This document shows, piece by piece, positions 9,224 through 19,290 of a DNA stretch of 64,000 bases. This DNA comes from a bacterium (GTDB lineage Bacteria > UBA9089 > UBA9088). Under the pieces are notes generated by a model. The model made no database searches. It worked only from the letters and a program-made list of their open reading frames with translations, and was not told the DNA's origin. The position numbers and the translations under genes are program-made. Position 1 is the stretch's first letter. Every line of letters begins with the position of its first letter. The stretch spans positions 12,693 to 76,692 of the forward strand of contig JBFMDZ010000001.1 in assembly GCA_040753555.1 (NCBI GenBank), given 5' to 3'.

Positions 9224-9969
9224 TAGGGGTCAAATCTCTCTTTAGCAGATTGTAATGAGGGAAATTGTTTTTCGCAGACATCGCTAAAGCGTGCTAGGAC
9301 GCGGCGGTTGATTTTTTCCTGATTTTCAAAAATAGCTGTAGCAACAAAGGGAACTCCAAATTTCTCATATTGAAGACAGGTTATGGTAGCATCCCGACAT
9401 CTATCATTATTTAAAACAGCAAAAACAAAAAGTGGCCGTTTTGCTCCATTAATCCGACAATCAACGATATATTTTTTTGCTACATCGTGTTGGAGATCGC
9501 TATAATTAAATACTCGCCTATCCTCTGGTATCTTTTCCTCTAAAAGGGCTTTAAAATCTTCAAGGAATGCTCCTCGCACACCCTCTTTTGTCCAATAAGA
9601 AATGTCTGTTATCTTAATTAGCCCTTGAATAAAACTATAAAGGGCATCACCATAATTTTCATTTTCAATATAAGCCCTTAACTCACCTTCAATATTTTTG
9701 ATTTTGTAAGACCCAAGAACTGTATCTATAATTTTAGCCCGTCTTCCTTTTTCAATATCAATTTCATCATAACTTATATGCATAAAAGTATGCCCCTCAT
9801 CGCTTAAATACCAATGTCCATTTTCTTGCTTTAAGAGAATGGGCAGGTGGTCTCCATCATCAAACATAAAGGGAGTAAACACGATATACCTGTCTATCCC
9901 TTCGCTTTCAAGACTAATTTTTTCGCAAACCTTTTGACGAAATATTTGGACGATAGTTTCAGGTATCAT
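9199..9969 (-). CDS. Hypothetical protein, DUF1828/DUF1829-like. This family is often linked to RM loci.
   Basis: 256-aa ORF recalled as DUF1828/1829-like; no defining motif was identified. It overlaps the MTase remnant. Confidence 0.3.
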   Translation of the reverse strand: MIPETIVQIFRQKVCEKISLESEGIDRYIVFTPFMFDDGDHLPILLKQENGHWYLSDEGHTFMHISYDEIDIEKGRRAKIIDTVLGSYKIKNIEGELRAYIENENYGDALYSFIQGLIKITDISYWTKEGVRGAFLEDFKALLEEKIPEDRRVFNYSDLQHDVAKKYIVDCRINGAKRPLFVFAVLNNDRCRDATITCLQYEKFGVPFVATAIFENQEKINRRVLARFSDVCEKQFPSLQSAKERFDPYWKEILER

Positions 9970-10293
9970 AGAAAATCACCTCCATTAAAAAGTTCAATTT
10001 GTTTATTTTCTGGCTTTTTAAAATTATTATCTTTAAGAAAACAATTTAGTCCAGAATGAAAATCTTGATATGTTGTAACTGGTAATATTTTTGGTTCCTT
10101 AAGCAATTCTTCTATCTCTTTATCTTTTAAAATTCTCATTAAACCGCACTCTCCAAACCACCTCTCTGGTCTGGAATTCTATATCCTTATTATAACATCC
10201 TTTAAATTTATTATCAAGGATGAGCCGTTTTCTCTCTGAATAATGAAAGAAGCTGATAGGTTAGTTCCGCAAGCCTTATAGGTTTGAATTTCT

Positions 10294-10944
10294 TTATTTT
10301 ATTGAAAGGGAATGAGCCAATCTTAAAGGCTCAGGGATTCTAAATTTAAGAGAAAGTTTTAGGATAAATTCTTTTGTCTCCTCCAGGGTTATCTTATATC
10401 CGGGTGAAGCAAATACAGGTGCTACATTATCCCTTGTTCTTAAAACTATACCGATTGCCTCTTTATTCTTTTTTATAAAGCAAAATGAGCCTTTTTTCTT
10501 ATCTATCTTTCCAAAATCTCCAAATAGATGGCTCTTTGCACATCCTATTGATGGCTTATCCAAAAGGATTCCAATGTGTGTAGCCAGACCCATTTTTCTT
10601 GGATGGGCAATACCCTGTCCATCAAAGAGAAAAAGATTGGGTTCGCTCTTTAGCCCCTTTATCGCCTCTAAGATACAGGGTCCTTCACGAAATGAAAGAA
10701 AACCTGGAATATATGGAAAACCTACCTTTGTCTTTAACTTTACTTCCTCTACTACCTTAAGTTCAGGAAAGTTTAAAACAACAATTGCACAACAACCATA
10801 TTCATCCCTAAATGCTACATCAACGCCAGCAACTGATACTACCTCTTGCTCAATCTTTTTTAAGACAATCCTCTTTGCAAGGTTTTTCTGTATCCTTTTT
10901 GCTTCATCTATGGCTACATCAAATGGATGAAGATTAAAGTATTT
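10294..10944 (-). CDS. nfi: Endonuclease V.
   Basis: The full-length alignment is readable: GVDVAF...YIPGFLSFREGP...DGQGIAHPRKMGLATHIGILLD...LRLAH. No ATG/GTG/TTG start exists upstream of the internal Met at 10593, so the start is uncertain. Confidence 0.6.
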   Translation of the reverse strand, partial: KYFNLHPFDVAIDEAKRIQKNLAKRIVLKKIEQEVVSVAGVDVAFRDEYGCCAIVVLNFPELKVVEEVKLKTKVGFPYIPGFLSFREGPCILEAIKGLKSEPNLFLFDGQGIAHPRKMGLATHIGILLDKPSIGCAKSHLFGDFGKIDKKKGSFCFIKKNKEAIGIVLRTRDNVAPVFASPGYKITLEETKEFILKLSLKFRIPEPLRLAHSLSIK

Positions 10945-11017
10945 CGTAACTATTTTTAGTATTTATGCAAAATATAATATCATTTTTAAGATAAAAAAGC
11001 AAGGGCTTTCACAAAAA

Positions 11018-11212
11018 TTAGAGGCTTCGGTTTCTATTGTTTCTTGTCCATTCTTTAACTATCCATTCTCCATAAATGTTAATAAGTTTTTCTTTACACA
11101 TCTTAAGTCGTTTTGGAGTATACATCTGTGGCGCCTGATGAATCTTTCTATGACAGGTTGGACAGACAACTATAAGATTATCCTCTGTATCTGCTCCACC
11201 TTTACATTTTAG
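11018..11212 (-). pseudogene. HNH endonuclease C-terminal remnant.
   Basis: The reverse strand encodes ...KCKGGADTEDNLIVVCPTCHRKIHQ... There is a stop immediately upstream and no N-terminal region. Confidence 0.4.
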
Positions 11213-11308
11213 TACTATTTAGGTGCCGTAATAATCGTTGTTTAAGGAGCGAATTTTAAAACAGACTTTAGTAGAACCACCAGTATTATCTAACAAAAGG
11301 AAAATATC

Positions 11309-11572
11309 CTAAGGAGATATTTCAGAATAGGAAACCCCGCAATCAGGACAGGATAGGGAGGATGAAAAAACAAGCTCATCCCTTCCAGCAAGGACAATAA
11401 GGCTTCCCTTTGAAATGGCTATTCCTGTCTCAACAGAGCCAGAAAGCCCGGTGATTACTGTGAGCTTATTCCTTGGGATTTCTACATCAATATTCTTAAG
11501 GTTATGCTCCCTAGCACCTTTGATAATAATATTTTCTTTCATAATCCTAAAAAGACAAAAAGGTCTCCTCAA
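11309..11572 (-). pseudogene. uvrA: UvrA remnant. The N-terminal 35 aa are fused to a zinc-finger fragment; the rest of the ~940-aa protein is deleted.
   Basis: [32 protein letters not shown] is followed directly by ...[13 protein letters not shown]. Confidence 0.55.
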
Positions 11573-12770
11573 GCCACATTATGTATCCTTTTATATCTTG
11601 ACTAAAGACATCCTTTGATAAAGGGAAATCTTCTTCACACAAAGAGACTATTCTTCCCTCTTTAATCTTTAATTTAGAAAATAGATCCTTGAATCTCTTT
11701 ATTGGGTCTGCCATCTTAAGATTAATGGTCTTGGACATCTTAAATTCAACAGGATACAATGCCTTATCCCTTTCTATAATCAAATCAATCTCTAATCCAT
11801 TATGGGTTCTTAAATAGAAGAGATTTGGTCTTTGTCCATGGTTAAAGAAGAACTTAACTGTCTCCTGGATGCAATAATTTTCAAAAAGGCTTCCTGCCAT
11901 TGGCCCTTTTATCAAATGCCCCTCATCCTTTAATCCTGTGAGGTAGCAGACCAAACCGCTGTCTAGGAAATAGACCTTTGGGTTTTTGGTAATCCTTTTT
12001 CCCAGATTCTGATAATAGGCTGGCAGAAGGTAAATTAGCTGGCTTGCTTCCAATGCAGAAATCCACTTTTTAACGGTATTTACTGCTACCCCTAAATCTA
12101 AAGAAAGGCTACTTAGATTTAAAACTTGGGCGCAACGGCTGGCTAATAGCTGTAAGAATCTCTGAAAATCCCTTAAATTACCTATGTTATAAAGAGAGCG
12201 AATATCCCTTTCTAGGTATGTAGAGATATAACTTCCATACCAACGAGAAGAATCCCTCTTTTCAAGGCAAACTTCAGGGAAGGTTCCTTGTAGACAACTA
12301 TGGATAAAATAGTCCTGGCTAGTCATTGATTTTAGAAAGGAGATATTTTCTATCTCCCCTTTAGCAAATGGCAATAAGACTAAAATACCAACCCGACCAA
12401 CTAATGTTTCGGTTAGATTTTTCATCAAATTAAAGGCACAAGAACCTGTCATAATGAAACGACCCTTTTTTTGCCTATCTTTATCAATAAGCATCTTTAT
12501 AAAGGAGAGAATTTCTGGCACATATTGAATTTCATCAAATATTACCCTATCTCCTGCTTTTTCTAAGAAGAACTTTGGGTCTAAAAGTGCCCTTTCTCGT
12601 AATAACGGGTCATCAAAGGAAAGAATTTTATGCGACTTGGCAAAGATATGTGCAAGTAAAGTAGACTTTCCTGTCTGCCGTGGGCCAGTTAAGACAACGG
12701 CAGGGAATTCTTTAACAAAGGCTTTAAGTGATTCCTCAATTTGACGATGAATATACACCTTCTTTACCAT
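11547..12770 (-). CDS. AAA+ ATPase with DUF4143 domain (COG1373 family).
   Basis: [16 protein letters not shown]-loop, 407 aa. Confidence 0.7.
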   Translation of the reverse strand: MVKKVYIHRQIEESLKAFVKEFPAVVLTGPRQTGKSTLLAHIFAKSHKILSFDDPLLRERALLDPKFFLEKAGDRVIFDEIQYVPEILSFIKMLIDKDRQKKGRFIMTGSCAFNLMKNLTETLVGRVGILVLLPFAKGEIENISFLKSMTSQDYFIHSCLQGTFPEVCLEKRDSSRWYGSYISTYLERDIRSLYNIGNLRDFQRFLQLLASRCAQVLNLSSLSLDLGVAVNTVKKWISALEASQLIYLLPAYYQNLGKRITKNPKVYFLDSGLVCYLTGLKDEGHLIKGPMAGSLFENYCIQETVKFFFNHGQRPNLFYLRTHNGLEIDLIIERDKALYPVEFKMSKTINLKMADPIKRFKDLFSKLKIKEGRIVSLCEEDFPLSKDVFSQDIKGYIMWLEETFLSF

Positions 12771-12836
12771 AAGTCATATTATAATATAAAAAGGGTTATC
12801 TGTCAAGACAAATTTGCATTCTTATTGCATAATTTC

Positions 12837-14642
12837 CTAATTTTCTGTCTGTGTTCCTATATTTTCTGTTTCTGTCCCTATTTCCATTGTCTCTGTTCCA
12901 GGCTCAATTGGCTCTATTTCCTTTATTCCAAAATATCCTGTTAAAATTTTTCTTGCAATAGGTGCTGCCTCAATTCCACCCTGTCCACCATGCTCAACAA
13001 GGACAACAACAACAATACTTGGGTCTTCAACCGGAGCATAGCAGACAAACCAGGCATGGTCTTTTCCCTGTGGATTCTGTGCTGTTCCTGTTTTCCCTGC
13101 AATCCTAATCCCTGGGATATATGCACCCCTTCCTGTTCCAGAAAGAACAACCTCCTCTAACCCTTTATCCAAGAGGCTTTTGGTTTCAAAAGACATATTT
13201 ATTTTCTTTTTTAAAACAGGCTTTTTCCTTATTACCCTTCCATTTGGCTCTTCTATATATTGGACAATATAGGGCTTAAATATATTACCAGAATTTGCAA
13301 TTGAGGAAACTAAAACAGCCATTTCAATAGGTGTTACAAGAAGGTATCCCTGTCCAATGGAAAGATTTATTGTATCGCCTGCAAACCATCTTGTTTTAAA
13401 AATACGCTCCTTCCAGGATGGAGATGGAATTTTTCCCTTAATTTCATAAGGAAGGTCAATGTCTGTTAGGGAAGAAAGGCCAAATATCTTTGCTTGCTCA
13501 ATTAGTTTGCCTGCTCCTATTTTTAAGCCAAGTTTATAAAAATAGATGTTGCAAGAATGGGAAAGGCCAGAGATAAGATTTACCATTCCATGGCTTTGTT
13601 TCCCAAAACAGAAAAATTTCCTATTTCCTACATCAAACCTTCCTGTGCATTCAATGTATTCGTGGGGGTCTATAACTCCTTCTTCTAACCCAAGATAGGC
13701 ATCAACAATTTTAAATAGAGAGCCGGGTGGATAGCGAAATTGTATTGCCCTGTTTGCTAAGGGATAGGATGGATTAAAAATGGTCTCTTTTGCCTCATTT
13801 GGTGAGAGCTTTTTAAGAAAGAGGGAAGGATTAAAACCAGGCTTACTCACCATACACAAAACCTCACCTGTCTTTGGAGACATAGCAACAATTGCTCCAT
13901 TTTTATAAAGGGCTTTTTCTCCTATTTCTTGGAGGTTTTTATCAATTGTAAGATAAAGATTGCATCCAGAAATTGCCTCTTCTTTCCCCAATATCCGGAT
14001 TGTCCTTCCAGAGACATTTGTCTCAATAACATCCCCTCCCATCTTTCCTTTAAGAATATCTTCGTATGCATTTTCTATGCCACTTTTTCCAATCCTATCG
14101 TCAATAAGATAACCCTCTTTTTCTTTAAATTCCTTCTCTGTGATGGGTCCAATATAACCTAAAAGGTGTGAGGCAAGCTCTGAATTCGGATAATAACGAA
14201 GAGGTTTTGCATCTATAACAAGGGATGGCATATCAAAAAAGGCAAGTGCTATCCTTAAAGCATTGTCCTTTGAAATATTTTCTATAATTGTGGCTGGTTC
14301 AAACCTGCGAAGAGATTTTTTTTTCATGCTTTTCTTTGCCTTTTCTCTATCAAATGGAACAATAGAAGAAATCTTTGATAAAATACCCTCTATTTGTTCA
14401 TCTGAAAGGCTTTCTTGAATAATGGATATGGAAAAATTAGCTACATTTGTTGCCAAAACCTTGCCTTTTCTATCAAATATCATCCCCCTAGATTGGGGGT
14501 GTGGAATTATTCTTATCCTATTCTTCAAAGACCTGGCTTTAAAATAACCTCCCCTTATTATTTGAAGATAAAAAGAGGATAAAAGGAGGATAAAAAATAA
14601 CAGAAAAAATATTATATAAAGGGAGGAAATTTTCCTTTTCAT
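12837..14642 (-). CDS. mrdA: Penicillin-binding protein 2 (peptidoglycan D,D-transpeptidase). It has a repeat-encoded acidic C-terminal tail.
   Basis: N-terminal TM segment plus transpeptidase module. It lies downstream of mreD. The tail is EPGTETMEIGTETENIGTQTEN. Confidence 0.85.
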   Translation of the reverse strand: MKRKISSLYIIFFLLFFILLLSSFYLQIIRGGYFKARSLKNRIRIIPHPQSRGMIFDRKGKVLATNVANFSISIIQESLSDEQIEGILSKISSIVPFDREKAKKSMKKKSLRRFEPATIIENISKDNALRIALAFFDMPSLVIDAKPLRYYPNSELASHLLGYIGPITEKEFKEKEGYLIDDRIGKSGIENAYEDILKGKMGGDVIETNVSGRTIRILGKEEAISGCNLYLTIDKNLQEIGEKALYKNGAIVAMSPKTGEVLCMVSKPGFNPSLFLKKLSPNEAKETIFNPSYPLANRAIQFRYPPGSLFKIVDAYLGLEEGVIDPHEYIECTGRFDVGNRKFFCFGKQSHGMVNLISGLSHSCNIYFYKLGLKIGAGKLIEQAKIFGLSSLTDIDLPYEIKGKIPSPSWKERIFKTRWFAGDTINLSIGQGYLLVTPIEMAVLVSSIANSGNIFKPYIVQYIEEPNGRVIRKKPVLKKKINMSFETKSLLDKGLEEVVLSGTGRGAYIPGIRIAGKTGTAQNPQGKDHAWFVCYAPVEDPSIVVVVLVEHGGQGGIEAAPIARKILTGYFGIKEIEPIEPGTETMEIGTETENIGTQTEN

Positions 14643-15082
14643 AGCCTCTTTCTTATAAAAATAAAGATTAAAGAAGCAAGGAGAGAATTATACAAACCCT
14701 CCTTTAAAAGATGAAAAAAATTAAGCAAAAAACCCTCAAAAAGAAAAAGAAGAAATAAAGAAATAATGCCAGAAAATATGGTTGATAAAAAGACAAGGAA
14801 AAAGATAATATAAACCCTATGGTATATCCTCTTTGAAAAAATGCTTACCAATATTGCTATTATAGAAAAAGACAAAGCGTTTATTCCAAAACGCCTTATT
14901 CCAAGCAAGTCTAAAAGTATGCCGCAGAAAAATCCAAAAAAACCTGCGCTATACGGAATACATTTCAAGGAGGCAAATATTGTTGTTATAAGAAGAAGGT
15001 TGCAAGATGTATTAAAGAGAATGAGTATTCCTGATGCTTGAACAAGAAACGCAAAAAGAATAATTATTGCCAAAAACACCAA
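14639..15082 (-). CDS. mreD: Rod shape-determining protein MreD-like polytopic membrane protein. TTG start.
   Basis: 147 aa, about 5 TM segments, immediately upstream of mrdA. Confidence 0.5.
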   Translation of the reverse strand: MVFLAIIILFAFLVQASGILILFNTSCNLLLITTIFASLKCIPYSAGFFGFFCGILLDLLGIRRFGINALSFSIIAILVSIFSKRIYHRVYIIFFLVFLSTIFSGIISLFLLFLFEGFLLNFFHLLKEGLYNSLLASLIFIFIRKRL

Positions 15083-15132
15083 TTTATTTTAAACTTTTTA
15101 TTTAAAAAATGGCAAGGATTGGTGTATTTGTT
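15056..15132. repeat. Diverged direct repeat, copy A (about 77 bp). It contains the mreD start and a truncated hdrA 5' end (MARIGVFVL*). Its partner is at 34628-34709.
   Basis: aagaataattattgccaaaaacaccaatttattttaaactttttatttaaaaaatggcaaggattggtgtatttgtt matches 34628-34709 with a few mismatches and indels. Confidence 0.8.
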
Positions 15133-15286
15133 CTGTAATTCAGAAATAACGATTAAGTATGTGTTAGCTATTAGCTTTTGGCTTTTAGCGATTAGCCTTT
15201 TAAACAAGAGAAAAAATTTACAAATTTAGAGATACTTGCACCTACGAAGTGCAAATATATTTTTGCGTTTCTGCGGTAGCATGTTA

Positions 15287-16061
15287 TCATTCAATATCTC
15301 CTTCCATCTTTAATATAATATTTTGCAAATGTTTCAACCTTTCTTTTTCTACTTTCCAATACCCTCTTCTTGCGGATTCTAACAGTAGTTCGTTTATCTT
15401 CATAGTGGCATATGGATTGTTCTGCTTAAGTCTGTTTCTCATCCCCTCATCAAATATTAATCTATCAGCGACCTTATCAAATACCCAACTTTCAACCTTG
15501 CCTGTAGTGGCAGCAAAAGCAAGAAGATATTCTACCCTATCTTTTATCTTCTTTGCGCCATGAAAATCATGCTTTAACATCCCTTCTATCCAAATAGGAT
15601 TAAGTGTTCTTGTTCTTGTAGCCCGCTCAATCGCTATCTTTAAATCATCTACAACCACTTCCTCTTCTGTAGAATCTATAACCAAAATCTCTGCCTTTTC
15701 TCCTCTCTTATCCTGAACTGTTCTTGATAGTCCTCCTAAAAATTCATAATAATGATCTAGGTCTGTAACCTCGTACTCTGTGTTATCCCTTTCCTGAGTT
15801 ACAATATCAATGGATTTAAGCAAATTGGAGAATATCTTCTCATTTTTCTCTATTCTTCCTTTGAAATAGGCATAACTCATACTATCATCATAACTCTTGA
15901 CTAAGTCTTTTTCATCTTTCCAAGCACTACTTTCAACTAATGTTCTCATTGATGTCGCATATTCTGTTGGTGAAGGTCCAAAGATTCTGGCAAGTGCGAA
16001 ATCTTTTAGTTCGCCTTTCAATTCTAAAGAATGTTTTCTTATATCCCATTTTTCTTCAATG
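15287..16061 (-). pseudogene. CobN C-terminal remnant. It covers the last ~250 aa of cobaltochelatase CobN and is fused by deletion directly to the 3' end of the upstream chlID gene.
   Basis: The 244-aa ORF aligns to the C-terminus of the intact CobN (SAWKDEKDL, LNPIWIEGM, NNPYA..LLESARRGYWK). Homology continues upstream of its TTG start (EEKWDIRKHSLE versus EEMNFVRKHSLA), across the chlID stop. Confidence 0.65.
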
Positions 16062-18032
16062 TTAAACCTCGGTAAATTCTCTGATTAGACAAGAGACATT
16101 CTCTGCTTTTATCTCTTCTAAAGAATAATACTTCCCACCTAAAGCCAAAGAGAGTTCCTGCAATCTTCCTAAGCGGACAAATCCTCTTTCTGTATCTATT
16201 ACCAGAGATTTTACCCTTGCTTCTTTTATCCTGTAAGCTATAGCCTTTGCTTCTTCAAATGGTTTACCTCCCTTTTCTATAGAGACATTAGCTTTGCCAT
16301 CGCTAACCAACACCATTAGGGTAGCAAGTCTTTTGTTCTTTCTTAATTCTTGTTTAATAATCTCAAATCCTAATTGCAGGCCTGAAGAAAGAGGAGTTCT
16401 CCCTCCAGTAGGCAACTCAGATAGTTTTTGCGAAGCCAATTCCACACTGTTGGTAAGAGGAAGCAAGACCTCTGCTCTATCTTGCTTGAAACTAACCATA
16501 CTTACTCTATCCCTTTTTTGATAGGAATCAGTGAGTAAAGAGAGAATAGCCCCTTTGGCAGCTGACATTCGTTGTGAGGCACCCATAGACCCTGAGGCAT
16601 CTACCACAAAGACTATCAGGTTACCAACTTTCTTCTCCCTCTGCTTTTGCCGAATATCTTGAGGTGTAATAATTATTTTCTGATTTTCTGAAACCTTATT
16701 TCTTTTTATCTGATGTGGTGCTGCTGCTCTGAATGTAGCATCAAAGGCAATATCATCCTTTCTCTCCTTGGGTAAGCAGCTCTTGATATACCTACCCCTT
16801 TTATCATCAGAAATAGTCTTGCTTCTTCTGCCAGTCCCCTCTTTTAGCTCTCGTTCTTTTGCCAGGTTTAACTCTTTTACCTGAAACTGCCTATCTACAT
16901 CAAAGAGAGTCTCTTTGCTTGCGTCTTGCCTGGCCTGAGGCTGGCAATTGTTCATTTCCTTATCCTGATTCTGATAGCCATCTGTCTGTTTCTTCTCTTC
17001 CTTATGCTTCTTAAAGGTCTGTTCCAGCTTTTGTTGTTCTGTCTTTTCTCCCTGGTGAGGCTTTTTTCGTATTCGGTGGGGCAAAACAAACTCTGCTGCT
17101 TCCTTGACATCATCCTCTGTAACTTCTGTGCGTTGGTTGAAAGCGGCAATTGTTTTAGCTGTCTTCACCATAAATATATCTGCTCGGTGGCCATCTACTC
17201 GCATATCGACTGCTATCTTGGCAATTAGGTCTAACATATCATCAGGAAAGACCACATCCTTAAGTAATCTGCGAGCTGTAAGGATTGCTTCACTCAGTCT
17301 CCTTTCTTCTTTTTCCCACTCAGCAGCAAATTTAGCTGGATCTTCCTCAAACTGCTCTCTTCTTTTGATGATTGTAACCCTCTCTTTAGGCTCGTCTATC
17401 CCCTCAATATTCACACATAAACCGAATCTATCAAGCAATTGAGGTCGCAATTCCCCTTCTTCAGGGTTCATGGTGCCAATAAGGATAAAATGGGCAGGAT
17501 GAGAGTAAGAGACTCCTTCCCTTTCAATTGTATTTATACCCATAGCCGCAGAATCAAGTAGGACATCAACAATGTGGTCATCTAAGAGATTTACCTCATC
17601 TACATAGAGTATGGCTCGATTTGCATCAGCCAATACTCCTGGCTCAAACCTCTTTTCTCCAGTCTTTAGGGCATGTTCAATATCAAGGGTTCCAACTACC
17701 CTATCTTCAGTTGAGCCTACAGGGAGATTGACTACCTGTATCTTCCTTTTAATTACTGGAAGGTTTTCTCCTTGGGTCTTTCGATTACGGCATTGCTCAC
17801 ACATCAATTCTTCCCTCTCAGGATGGCAGCTGAATGGGCAGTCTTTGACCACCTCAATCTCTGGCAAAAGATTTGCTAATGCCCTGGCTGCAGTTGATTT
17901 GGCTGTCCCTTTTTCTCCTCGAATAAGTACCCCAGAAATCTGAGTATTTATGGCATTTAAGATCAAAGCCTTCTTCATCCGCTCTTGACCAACAATAGCA
18001 GTAAACGGAAATGTTATAGCTTTACAACTCAT
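16062..18032 (-). CDS. Mg-chelatase-family ATPase, ChlI/ChlD fusion (AAA+ plus vWA/MIDAS), paralog 1.
   Basis: [10 protein letters not shown]-loop and ChlI-like N-half. C-terminal vWA domain ([12 protein letters not shown]). Confidence 0.85.
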   Translation of the reverse strand: MSCKAITFPFTAIVGQERMKKALILNAINTQISGVLIRGEKGTAKSTAARALANLLPEIEVVKDCPFSCHPEREELMCEQCRNRKTQGENLPVIKRKIQVVNLPVGSTEDRVVGTLDIEHALKTGEKRFEPGVLADANRAILYVDEVNLLDDHIVDVLLDSAAMGINTIEREGVSYSHPAHFILIGTMNPEEGELRPQLLDRFGLCVNIEGIDEPKERVTIIKRREQFEEDPAKFAAEWEKEERRLSEAILTARRLLKDVVFPDDMLDLIAKIAVDMRVDGHRADIFMVKTAKTIAAFNQRTEVTEDDVKEAAEFVLPHRIRKKPHQGEKTEQQKLEQTFKKHKEEKKQTDGYQNQDKEMNNCQPQARQDASKETLFDVDRQFQVKELNLAKERELKEGTGRRSKTISDDKRGRYIKSCLPKERKDDIAFDATFRAAAPHQIKRNKVSENQKIIITPQDIRQKQREKKVGNLIVFVVDASGSMGASQRMSAAKGAILSLLTDSYQKRDRVSMVSFKQDRAEVLLPLTNSVELASQKLSELPTGGRTPLSSGLQLGFEIIKQELRKNKRLATLMVLVSDGKANVSIEKGGKPFEEAKAIAYRIKEARVKSLVIDTERGFVRLGRLQELSLALGGKYYSLEEIKAENVSCLIREFTEV

Positions 18033-19138
18033 CTTTTACCTCCTTTAACAGGAAGATTAAGCTCCTCAGGGTAGGTCCAAGTTCCTTGCAATTCCATCTT
18101 CCAAAATCTCTTTAGCATCTCTTTATGCACAGCCTTTGGCAAAAGATCTGGAAAAAGTTCAGGGTGGAACCATTTTGCCTTATAACAAGTACCTATAACC
18201 TGTCTTGGTCCAGCACAAAGCTTTGAATGGATGATGTAAACCCTCCCTTCCTTTACTGCCTTTATAAGATTTAACCCTTCCCTGTGCATGATCTCATCTC
18301 TAATTGCCTTCATAGCTTCTAAAGAAGGTATACTGCCAACCCCTTCAACCCAAGGAATCTTTATGATAATATCAGGGTCTTTCTCTACAACCCATTCAGG
18401 ACTCATTATTGGGGAGCGAACAGGTTGTCTTCCTACACAATTTATCCCACCTGCTATCTCTATCTGAATCTGCGTAGGACTCTTATACATAAATTTCCCC
18501 CATGGTGTTTTCATTGAGTTTTCTCCTTGAGCCGTTGATTGATAGGGTTTGAAGACCTCACAGAATATGCTTGGCTTTTTTTTAACAGGGATACCTTCTG
18601 TTTTCTCCCTAATCATATCTATCTTACTATTTATAAATTCCTTTAGCTGATTTGCTTCTTTCTCTCTACCAAGCAACTTTCCCATCTTTTCAATAAATTG
18701 GAGGGTTTCAGCAAGCGTCCAAACCCTAAAGCAAAGAACCCTTATCTCTGCTCTCTCTAACTTCTCTATCACCTCTTTCTCTGTCCACTGATAGGCTATA
18801 ACCAAATCTGGCTTAAGTTCTATGATCCTTTCAAGATTTGGAGTGACTGTACTCTTTCCCACTGATGGCTTCTTACGAAGCTCAGGAATATATTCACCCT
18901 CAGGGTTGCAGATGCCTACAATTCTTTCTCCTTCTTTTAAGGCACAGATAACCTCAGCAGGATAGCCAGTCAAGACCACAATTCGCCCTGGAATACTGGT
19001 AAAAGCTGCCTTTCTTCCCATTTCATCGGTTATGACAATCCCTTTTGAAAGACTCACTTCCTCTTCTGGTTTTGGTGCGCAACCGGCAATAAAAACCATA
19101 AGAAAGATGATCAATGCTATCCTCATTTTTACTTTCAC
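18029..19138 (-). CDS. ABC transporter periplasmic substrate-binding lipoprotein (FecB/BtuF/CeuE class III), paralog 1.
   Basis: Lipoprotein signal ([11 protein letters not shown]). Class III substrate-binding fold of the Fe/Ni/cobalamin family. Likely ATG start at 19126. Confidence 0.75.
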   Translation of the reverse strand: MKVKMRIALIIFLMVFIAGCAPKPEEEVSLSKGIVITDEMGRKAAFTSIPGRIVVLTGYPAEVICALKEGERIVGICNPEGEYIPELRKKPSVGKSTVTPNLERIIELKPDLVIAYQWTEKEVIEKLERAEIRVLCFRVWTLAETLQFIEKMGKLLGREKEANQLKEFINSKIDMIREKTEGIPVKKKPSIFCEVFKPYQSTAQGENSMKTPWGKFMYKSPTQIQIEIAGGINCVGRQPVRSPIMSPEWVVEKDPDIIIKIPWVEGVGSIPSLEAMKAIRDEIMHREGLNLIKAVKEGRVYIIHSKLCAGPRQVIGTCYKAKWFHPELFPDLLPKAVHKEMLKRFWKMELQGTWTYPEELNLPVKGGKR

Positions 19139-19164
19139 CGTACGTGTTTAGCTTCGCTAAACAA

Positions 19165-19290
19165 TTGCAAATTGTAAATTGCAAATTGTAAATTTCAAAT
19201 TGAGAGAGGATGAATTTTTTATAATCATTATTTTTTTACCTCTTTAAATTTACAATTTAAAATTTGCAATTTAAAATTTACAATTCCAAA
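19165..19290. repeat. AT-rich AAATTGTAAATT-type tandem arrays in inverted arrangement. Related arrays lie at 22187-22312 and 50124-50175.
   Basis: caaattgtaaattgcaaattgtaaatt...aatttacaatttaaaatttgcaatttaaaatttacaatt. Confidence 0.7.

Noticed and set aside
10574-10930. 118-aa plus-strand ORF.
   Set aside because: The opposite strand encodes a collinear, full-length endonuclease V.
15112-15141. Short ORF MARIGVFVL* as a possible gene.
   Set aside because: It is the truncated hdrA 5' end inside the direct repeat, not an independent gene.
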